Positions 7,116 through 12,971 of a DNA stretch of 12,971 bases are shown one piece after another; position 1 is the stretch's first letter; each line of letters begins with the position of its first letter. The stretch comes from Gemmatimonadota bacterium (GTDB taxonomy: Bacteria; Gemmatimonadota; Gemmatimonadetes; Gemmatimonadales; GWC2-71-9): NCBI GenBank assembly GCA_039591655.1, contig JBDHDE010000069.1, positions 1 through 12,971 on the forward strand. The letters are read 5' to 3'. A program made the translations under genes and the position numbers. The notes below the pieces were generated by a model. That model had not been told where the DNA came from, did not search any database, and saw nothing but the letters and a program-made list of their open reading frames with translations.

Positions 7116-9050
7116 TCACCCCAGAAGCATCCCGAACAACCTCACCCCCAGCACCACGGGGATCACGAACAGCACCGAGAGCACCGCCGCCGCGGCGCCT
7201 GCCTCGGCCCAGCCCCGGACTGGGTCGCTCCCGAACTGCCGCTGTGGGTAATCGGGCAGGTCCAGCACGCTCAAGTCACCCGAGTAGTAACGCAGCCTGA
7301 CGCCTTCCAGCGTGCAGCGTGCCTCCATGTCGCCCATCGGCCACCACTGCGGCAGCCCGATGCCGCCGCACCCGGCGCGGATCTCTCGGGTGAGCGCGCG
7401 GTGGTCGAACCGATGGGTGGGGACTCCGAGGTAGGCTTCGCTCGCGTCCCGCACCACTCGCACGCGTCTGTCCACCCCGCTCGAGTCGGCGAACGCGAAC
7501 ATCCAGTAGTCGACGTACGTCACACCGCGCTCGTTCTCCATGATCTCCCTTCGATGGCTGGCCGCTGCCTCCACGGTGAATCCCCGCTGCTCCAGCAGCT
7601 CGGACGTGCCCTCGATTCCGGTGGTAAGCACGCCCGCTCCGGTCGCCACCCACCACAGCATCCATCCGAGTGTGGCGAGGACGAACGCGGGTTTGAGCAG
7701 CGCTGGCAGGCGTGAGGGGATCCGTAACGCACCCGCTGCGGGCCGCGGCTGGGGCATCCCGTGAATCTCCTCCTTTCTCGAGACCGCTACCGGTTGCACC
7801 TTCTTGAGCCGCTGTAGGCCGTGACCGAACGTGCGCTGGGCGTCACGGTCCTGCCAATAGTCGCCGTGGCCCACCGCTCGGCGCTCGCCGATGCCCGTTG
7901 AGATGTCCCGTCCCTTGAAGCGCTTCAGCCCGAGATCGGACCCCAGGTAGTCCCAGGGACGGTAGATGTTGATCCAAAGAAAGTCGGCCAGGCGCCGCGC
8001 TACGAGGCCGATGACGTTCTCCATGCTTTCCGGGAAGAGGGTGCCCGGGTACAGGCTCAGGAACCACCGCCTGAGCGGTGAGCCCATCGTCACGAGGAGG
8101 ACGCGATCGGTATCTCTCCAGAGGCGCGAGTGCGTGAGGGAGTCGAGCGCCATCACCGTTCCGATTCCCTGGCCGACCAGCACGAAGTCGTCGTCGTTCT
8201 CGACTCGCGAGCGCGCCTGTATGATCGCATTGTCGAGCGCCACCTGGACCCGCTCGCGGTACCGCGGCTCGCCGAGATACCGGAAGCCGTCCAGGGCGAC
8301 CTTGATCGGGCCGCGCAGTGTCTTCCGGGCCCAGAGCCCGCGCATTCCTACCAGGCCGCCGAGAACCAGGATCCAGAGCAAAGCGGCGCCGATACCGGAA
8401 GCGAGATACGATGACGCCGCGAGGACGGCGAAGACCGTCAGCAGCAACCACCAATCCGCTGCGAGTGCTCCCAGCAGTACGACGAGAACCGGCTGCAGCA
8501 ACAGGAAGACGATGCTGCGGAATGCGACGATCACCGGCCGGGGGGACATCGTGAGCAGCAGGCGCAGTATGCCGAGCACCATCAGCAGCGTGGCCCCGAC
8601 GCCGATCGCCACCTTCGACCATCCGGCGGCGGTCTCCATCCACCCCATCGGAAGGAAGGTGGCCGTGGGGAGACCGACCCTCGCAGCCGGTTCCAGCACC
8701 ACGAGCTCGGCCACCAGCATGGCGAGCACGATTCCCACCAGAGCCGCGAGAACTCCCTGGGTCAGCCGATGCAGTCGGACCTGGAGGCCGCCCAACGACC
8801 TGTCCAGCGGGTGGGCCCCGAACTCCAAGCCGACACGGGATGCCGCACCGATGGTGCCGGCGCTCCGCTTGAGGAACCGGTACAGGTTGCGGGGTCCCTT
8901 GTAGCTCGACTGGGGGACCACCTTGTCCCAGTCGAACGCCAGGGTCACTACCCGGTCGTACATCGCGGAGGCCGCGAAGTTGGCGTCGACCGCCTTCGCG
9001 ATCTCGTGGCCCGGCCCGGAGGCGTGAATTGCGATGGCAGGTACTGGCAT
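7116..9050 (-). CDS. Polytopic membrane protein with an alpha/beta-hydrolase-like domain (catalytic Ser apparently absent), about 644 aa
   Basis: Likely start ATG 9050 (MPVPAIAIHASG). About 4-5 TM helices are inserted, then VLVGQGIGT.MA.D, LVTMGSPL, WINIYRPWDYLG and HGDYW, a further TM, a soluble domain and a C-terminal TM. Start choice is an inference, as no clear SD was seen. Confidence 0.7.
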   Translation of the reverse strand: MPVPAIAIHASGPGHEIAKAVDANFAASAMYDRVVTLAFDWDKVVPQSSYKGPRNLYRFLKRSAGTIGAASRVGLEFGAHPLDRSLGGLQVRLHRLTQGVLAALVGIVLAMLVAELVVLEPAARVGLPTATFLPMGWMETAAGWSKVAIGVGATLLMVLGILRLLLTMSPRPVIVAFRSIVFLLLQPVLVVLLGALAADWWLLLTVFAVLAASSYLASGIGAALLWILVLGGLVGMRGLWARKTLRGPIKVALDGFRYLGEPRYRERVQVALDNAIIQARSRVENDDDFVLVGQGIGTVMALDSLTHSRLWRDTDRVLLVTMGSPLRRWFLSLYPGTLFPESMENVIGLVARRLADFLWINIYRPWDYLGSDLGLKRFKGRDISTGIGERRAVGHGDYWQDRDAQRTFGHGLQRLKKVQPVAVSRKEEIHGMPQPRPAAGALRIPSRLPALLKPAFVLATLGWMLWWVATGAGVLTTGIEGTSELLEQRGFTVEAAASHRREIMENERGVTYVDYWMFAFADSSGVDRRVRVVRDASEAYLGVPTHRFDHRALTREIRAGCGGIGLPQWWPMGDMEARCTLEGVRLRYYSGDLSVLDLPDYPQRQFGSDPVRGWAEAGAAAAVLSVLFVIPVVLGVRLFGMLLG

Positions 9051-9173
9051 GAGTCGTCCATGCCGGCGACTGCCCGGCGTGTGGAGGGTTGAAAGCAGAA
9101 GATCCGCCCTGCCGCAACGGGCGAATGTGACGGCGGTCACCACGCCACAAACGTCGACGCCGGCCCGACTTGC

Positions 9174-9214
9174 GGACTGGCGTGGGAGTCGCGGGGACTG
9201 GCGTGAGCGTCGCG
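9174..9214. repeat. 21-bp-period tandem direct repeat in a divergent intergenic region
   Basis: GGACTGGCGTGGGAGTCGCG (9174-9193) and GGACTGGCGTGAGCGTCGCG (9195-9214), 18/20 identical. Confidence 0.6.
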
Positions 9215-9324
9215 CGGGCAGCCATTCCCGCACCCCATGTTGAGCTCCCCGATCCCGACTGATAGGTTCTCCCGGTTGTTTCCCGTCGCTTTTAGCCGAG
9301 CGTACCACCCTCCTGGAGGTGAAC

Positions 9325-9801
9325 ATGCGTAGCGCACTCGTTTGCGGCGTCGCGGCATTCGTGCTGCTGGCCGCCGGCTTTGCCACCACCGCACAGGCGC
9401 AGCAGACGGGCAGCGGCACGGCGACCTACGTGCCTGCCAAGATCAAGAAGATGGAGCTGCCCGACGGAACCATGCTCGAGCGATCGCACCTCAGGACCGT
9501 CGTAGTCGCCGACGATCCAGCGGTGCCGTTTCACATGAGCACACAGGACTGTCTGGGCACGAACATACTCGATGCCGAAGGCAACCTGCTCACCGGCCGA
9601 GGCTATTGTGACGGCGTGGATGGCGACGGGGACGTGTGGTGGATCTGGTGGAACAACGGCCCGACCGGGGGCGACTGGGGCTTCATGGGCGGCACGGGCA
9701 AGTATGAGGGCATCACCGGCGGCGGGACCACCACGTTTGAGGGGGCGACCCCCGACAGTAGACTGGTGATCACCTGGGAAGGCTCGTGGGAGATGATGTA
9801 G
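9325..9801 (+). CDS. Secreted beta-rich protein (possible AOC/dirigent-like barrel)
   Basis: SD GGAGGT before ATG 9325. Sec signal peptide ending AQA. Two Cys (DCLG, GYC), D.DGD and W.FMGGTGKYEGITGGG. Confidence 0.75.
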   Translation: MRSALVCGVAAFVLLAAGFATTAQAQQTGSGTATYVPAKIKKMELPDGTMLERSHLRTVVVADDPAVPFHMSTQDCLGTNILDAEGNLLTGRGYCDGVDGDGDVWWIWWNNGPTGGDWGFMGGTGKYEGITGGGTTTFEGATPDSRLVITWEGSWEMM

Positions 9802-9830
9802 CGGCTGACCGAGGCTCGTCGCTCCAAGCA

Positions 9831-9862
9831 AGCGCCCGGCCGCGAGCCGGGCGCTGTCGTTG
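9831..9862 (+). terminator. Intrinsic terminator-like hairpin
   Basis: Perfect 10-bp stem AGCGCCCGGC (9831-9840) / GCCGGGCGCT (9846-9855), 5-nt loop, weak T tail. Lies 29 bp after the stop at 9801. Confidence 0.65.
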
Positions 9863-9900
9863 TGGTGGTGGGGCTCCGCAACTCCATGGCGGGCCGCCGG

Positions 9901-9928
9901 TGTAACCTGCGGGGTCGGGCGGCGGTCA
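9901..9928 (+). promoter_or_regulatory. Putative autoregulatory ECF sigma promoter (-35 TGTAACC, -10 GGTCA)
   Basis: TGTAACCT-N15-GGTCA upstream of the sigma gene. The same motif and spacing recur at 11181-11208. It contains the AAC core typical of ECF -35 elements. Confidence 0.75.
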
Positions 9929-9962
9929 TAATATTGGCGCGGGCCACAGCGCTGGGGGGTCA

Positions 9963-10514
9963 TTGGCGGACAAGACGGACCACGAGTTGATGGCTGCTAC
10001 GGCACGGGGTGACCTGAATGCCCTCGGCGTCCTGTTCGACCGGCATCATGCGCGGGTGCACGCGCTGTGCTACCGCCTCACCGGGGATGCCTCCCTGGCC
10101 GACGACCTGGTCCAGGAGTCGTTCCTGCGGATCCTCAAGTACCGCAAGGGATTCGGAGCCCGCGCCGCGTTCACCACCTGGCTCTACCGACTCGTCAGGA
10201 ACGTGTGCATGGACCACCTGAACGCCGAGGCCAGGAACCGGACGCGCCTCGGGCTCGTGGGAAGGGAGCAGGAGCACGAGACTGCCGGATCGGGCGAGTC
10301 CGACCCGCGGCTCGAAACCCTGCGCACCGCGCTCCACGGGCTGTCACCCGACAAGCGGGAGGTGCTGGTATTGAGCCGCTACGAGGGACTCAGCTACGCC
10401 GAGATCGCCGAGGTGTGCGGTACCACCGTGGGCGCGATCAAGGTGAGGGCACACCGGGCCATGCGCGAGCTGCGGCAACAATTCGAGAAGCTGGAGCGGG
10501 CCAATGAAGTGTGA
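9963..10514 (+). CDS. ECF-family RNA polymerase sigma-70 factor
   Basis: Region 2: LFDRH...ADDLVQESFLR...FTTWLYR.VRN.C.D. Region 4: L..LSPDKREVLVL..YEGLSYAEIAE..GTTVGAIK.R.HRA. TTG start with a G-run SD. No C-terminal extension. Confidence 0.95.
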   Translation: MADKTDHELMAATARGDLNALGVLFDRHHARVHALCYRLTGDASLADDLVQESFLRILKYRKGFGARAAFTTWLYRLVRNVCMDHLNAEARNRTRLGLVGREQEHETAGSGESDPRLETLRTALHGLSPDKREVLVLSRYEGLSYAEIAEVCGTTVGAIKVRAHRAMRELRQQFEKLERANEV

Positions 10515-11163
10515 GCATGCAGTTGACCTCATCGTCGATTCCCTGTTGGACACGCTGGACAACGGCCAGCGGCGCGATCTCGAGACACACATCCAGTCGT
10601 GCGAGTCGTGCACTGCCGAGGCCGAGCGGATGGGCGCGCTGTGGAAGGGGTTGGGTGAGCTGAGCGCGCCACCGGCCGCGCCGCGCGCCGGGATCGTATT
10701 CCGCCGCCGGCTGGCGGCCACGCGGCAACAGCGTTACGCCCCGTTGCTCCGCGCCGCCGCGGCAGTCGCGCTGCTCCTGGTTGGAGGTGCCGGCGGGTAT
10801 CTGCTGCGGGGTCCTGGGTTAGCGCCCGTGCCGACCGCGGGAGCCTCCACGTTTCTCCTCCTCGTCCGGGGGGAGGAGCCACTGGCCCCCGTATCGGGGG
10901 ATACCCTCGTGAAGGAATACGGGGCGTGGGCGGCGTCGCTAGCCGAACAGGGTCGCCTCGTGGGCGCCAACAAGCTGATGGACGAGCCCGGCCGGTGGAT
11001 CTCGGCCCCGGCGTCGAGAGATACCCGGGCGCGCTCGGACGTATCCGGGTATTTCCTCGTGAGCGCCGCAGGGTATGACGAGGCGGTCGAGATCGCCGGA
11101 TCCTCCCCTCACATCAGGTACGGAGGGACCTTCGAGATCCGGGAGGTCGACCCCCTCAACTGA
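10504..11163 (+). CDS. Zinc-finger (ZAS/zf-HC2) anti-sigma factor with one TM helix and a C-terminal YCII/DGPF-like domain
   Basis: Overlaps the sigma stop by 11 bp. C3 and H29-xxx-C33-xx-C36. Arg-rich stretch, then a TM helix (about 81-101). Residues about 117-216, FLLLVR..EY.AW..SL...GRLVG..KL...VSGYFLV.A..YDEAVEIA..SPH...GG.FEIREV, resemble YCII-related proteins. Confidence 0.85.
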   Translation: MKCEHAVDLIVDSLLDTLDNGQRRDLETHIQSCESCTAEAERMGALWKGLGELSAPPAAPRAGIVFRRRLAATRQQRYAPLLRAAAAVALLLVGGAGGYLLRGPGLAPVPTAGASTFLLLVRGEEPLAPVSGDTLVKEYGAWAASLAEQGRLVGANKLMDEPGRWISAPASRDTRARSDVSGYFLVSAAGYDEAVEIAGSSPHIRYGGTFEIREVDPLN

Positions 11164-11180
11164 GCGCCGCCGGCCGCCGC

Positions 11181-11208
11181 TGTAACCTCCGGCCGCCGAC
11201 CCTGGTCA
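11181..11208 (+). promoter_or_regulatory. Putative ECF target promoter (-35 TGTAACC, -10 GGTCA)
   Basis: TGTAACCT-N15-GGTCA, the same as 9901-9928, and also starting 62 nt before the start codon. Confidence 0.75.
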
Positions 11209-11242
11209 AACACCTGCAATCCCGCGAGACCTGGGGGAAGAG

Positions 11243-11896
11243 ATGAGATGGTCCATTCCCGCGGCAACCGCGCTGCTGCTGCCCTTGACGGCACTGGCGC
11301 AGACCGCCGCAACGCCGCCGATGCTGACCGAGGCCGAGGAGATCGCACTCGCCCGAAGCGCCGCACCAGCCGAGGTCACGGATGAAGCGACGATCCTCGT
11401 GCTGCGCGACGGCCGCTACCACACCGCTGCCGAGGGATCGAACGGCGTCACCTGTATGGTGTCGCGCAGCCTGCCACTCTCCCTCGAGCCCATCTGCTAC
11501 GATCCGGAAGCATCCAGGACGATCCTGCAGATCGAAATCCGCCGGGTCGAGCTGCGGTTGGCGGGATGCCCGCCGGAGGAAGTAGACCAACGGGTCGAGC
11601 AAGCGATCGGGAGCGGGGAGTTCGCGCTGCCGCAACGGCCAGCCATGGCGTACATGATGTCAGCCGGGCAGATCCTTTATTCCGATGCCGACACCAGGGT
11701 GGGCGCCTTCCTGCCGCACATCCATCTGTACATGCCGTACGCCACGGCGGAGCAATTCGGGGGTCTCGGAGGAGGGCTGCCTGCGGCGCCTGCCGCGATG
11801 TTCGACGCAGGGAAGCCCACGGCGAACCTGATCGTGTTCGTGCGGGAGTTCGTGGAGGTGGCCGCCCCTGACGGGGGAGCTTCTCAGCCGGACTGA
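11243..11896 (+). CDS. Secreted conserved hypothetical protein, likely ECF target
   Basis: Sec signal peptide ending ALA. Blocks EEIALARSAAP..V...AT, GSNG.TC.V, PICYD, AMAYMMS and PHIHLYMPY. SD GGGGGA. Confidence 0.8.
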   Translation: MRWSIPAATALLLPLTALAQTAATPPMLTEAEEIALARSAAPAEVTDEATILVLRDGRYHTAAEGSNGVTCMVSRSLPLSLEPICYDPEASRTILQIEIRRVELRLAGCPPEEVDQRVEQAIGSGEFALPQRPAMAYMMSAGQILYSDADTRVGAFLPHIHLYMPYATAEQFGGLGGGLPAAPAAMFDAGKPTANLIVFVREFVEVAAPDGGASQPD

Positions 11897-11913
11897 CTGT
11901 TCATCGTAACACT

Positions 11914-11946
11914 CGGCCCCCACCGGCAGAGCGCCGATGGGGGCCG
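11914..11946. terminator. Hairpin between convergent genes
   Basis: CGGCCCCCA-C-CGGC (11914-11927) pairs with GCCG-A-TGGGGGCCG (11933-11946): 13 bp with one mismatch. No U-tract. Confidence 0.5.
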
Positions 11947-11973
11947 GCTGAGCCCTAAGGCCACTCGAGCCTT

Positions 11974-12570
11974 CTAGCGGATTAGCGTCTGGCTGAAGCT
12001 CTGACCGCATAGCTGCCCGGAGGCCTGGCCGGTGTTGAAGTTGAGGTTGAGCTCGATGCCGCAGCGTCCGGCGCGGTCGTCGCTCGACGTGTAGGCGAAG
12101 CCGCCGATCATGGAGTAGGTGCCGCCAAACGTCTGCTCGCCGTCGAACGTCATGCGGCCGGACCACGTGATGTTCGGTGCGCCGTTCACGACGAACAGAG
12201 TCGTGTCGTGCTCCACGCCGCAGTCGTTGATCTCCTCTTCGACGTCAAACTCGAGGTCGAACGCGAACGTCTGATCGTCCACTGTGCCGGTGACTGTGCC
12301 GGAGAGCGACACGGAGCCGCCCCCGGGGCAAGACGCGGACTCGTCGATCGACTCGTTCACCGGGATGTCGGCCGCGGGTGAGGCCTGCGGGCCTTGAGGG
12401 ATTCCGAAACCGCTGAACACCGCCATCAGCTCTGCGAGCACCGCGGTGGACTCCGACTCGCTCAGCGGGTCGCCGTCAGTGACCCCGACCGTGGCGCCGC
12501 CGTCACTACAGGCGGCCGCTCCCACGGCCAGCGCCAAGAACATTCCGAGAATACGGAACTTGCGAAGCAT
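11974..12570 (-). CDS. Lipoprotein, Cys-rich and beta-rich (198 aa)
   Basis: SD AAGGAGG before ATG 12570. MLRKFR + hydrophobic stretch + AAAC lipobox. Four further Cys (SCPGGG, DC, RC, LC), consistent with two disulfides. Confidence 0.8.
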   Translation of the reverse strand: MLRKFRILGMFLALAVGAAACSDGGATVGVTDGDPLSESESTAVLAELMAVFSGFGIPQGPQASPAADIPVNESIDESASCPGGGSVSLSGTVTGTVDDQTFAFDLEFDVEEEINDCGVEHDTTLFVVNGAPNITWSGRMTFDGEQTFGGTYSMIGGFAYTSSDDRAGRCGIELNLNFNTGQASGQLCGQSFSQTLIR

Positions 12571-12786
12571 GCTGTCCTCCTTGCTGTCCGGCCTGCCCGG
12601 GCCATGCCCAATTGTTGGGCGAGCCACAAGTTGGGGGAGCACGCTTCACGGGGAAGTGATGCACTTCACGGGCGCGGTTTCGAGCCCACAAACCGCTGTA
12701 GTTCAAGCACTTACGCGTCCGTTCCGAGCGTCAGCGCAGCACGCGGATCACACCGAGCGCCTACAGGCGCAAGCTCCGATCGCCAA

Positions 12787-12810
12787 CCGGCCTCCCTTGA
12801 GGGAGGCCGG
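12787..12810. terminator. Terminator-like hairpin
   Basis: Perfect 10-bp stem CCGGCCTCCC / GGGAGGCCGG with a TTGA loop, 32 bp downstream of the minus-strand stop at 12843. Confidence 0.6.
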
Positions 12811-12842
12811 CGACGCGATGCCTGTGGGCGATGACCGAGGAG

Positions 12843-12971
12843 CTACTGCCGGATGGCCGTGAGCTCTCCCATGATGCCGCTGGGCGCAGTGGAAGTGATG
12901 TCGCCGGTGAGGATGTCCGAGGTGAAGGTGCCGGAGAACGACGTGGCCCCGTCGATCAGCTCGAAATCCAC
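12843..12971 (-). CDS. C-terminal end of a protein entering from beyond the window (beta-strand-rich, function unknown)
   Basis: The reverse strand reads VDFELIDGATSFSGTFTSDILTGDITSTAPSGIMGELTAIRQ* with GC3-rich codons. TAG at 12845-12843, followed by a hairpin. Not in the ORF track. Confidence 0.65.
   Translation of the reverse strand: MDFELIDGATSFSGTFTSDILTGDITSTAPSGIMGELTAIRQ

Noticed and set aside
7843..9225. 460-aa minus-strand and 312-aa plus-strand alternative ORFs
   Set aside because: Off-frame or antisense to the membrane hydrolase-like gene, with Arg/Pro/Ser-rich composition typical of non-coding frames.
9051..9419. N-terminal 123-aa extension of the 767-aa minus-strand ORF
   Set aside because: It overlaps the well-supported + strand gene at 9325, reads as low-complexity Arg/Ser/Pro-rich sequence and crosses the tandem repeat. 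Domain-like sequence begins at Met 9050.
12571..12642. Upstream TTG start for the lipoprotein, and a possible sigma-54 promoter
   Set aside because: ATG 12570 has a strong SD and gives a canonical signal peptide. The TGGC boxes upstream lack a correctly spaced TTGC.
1..12971. CRISPR array, tRNA/rRNA, transposase/integrase, selenocysteine or frameshift recoding
   Set aside because: No regularly spaced repeats, RNA gene signatures or recombinase motifs. The TGA stops fall at natural domain ends with no continuing homology.

Overview
A GC-rich bacterial accessory region of about 17 genes on both strands. It has no rRNA, tRNA, CRISPR array or transposase. Left to right: the 3' part of an SBBP beta-propeller protein; a Tat-exported DUF362 protein; an ICMT/PEMT-type membrane methyltransferase; a class I methyltransferase fused to a Trm112-like domain; a dodecin; a small Zn-ribbon protein; and a lipocalin-like exported protein. 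Next comes a GIY-YIG nuclease divergent from an XRE regulator and a conserved 332-aa unknown protein, with a palindrome-rich 59-bp spacer between them. These are followed by a membrane-embedded alpha/beta-hydrolase-like protein that appears to lack its catalytic Ser, a secreted beta-barrel protein, an ECF module, a Cys-rich lipoprotein and a partial CDS. The most striking item is the ECF module: an ECF sigma factor, a zinc-finger anti-sigma factor whose predicted extracytoplasmic part looks like a YCII/DGPF-type domain, and a secreted protein. The same promoter-like motif, TGTAACCT-N15-GGTCA, starts exactly 62 nt upstream of the start codon of both the sigma gene and the secreted-protein gene. 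All family calls come from visual motif recognition, not database searches.
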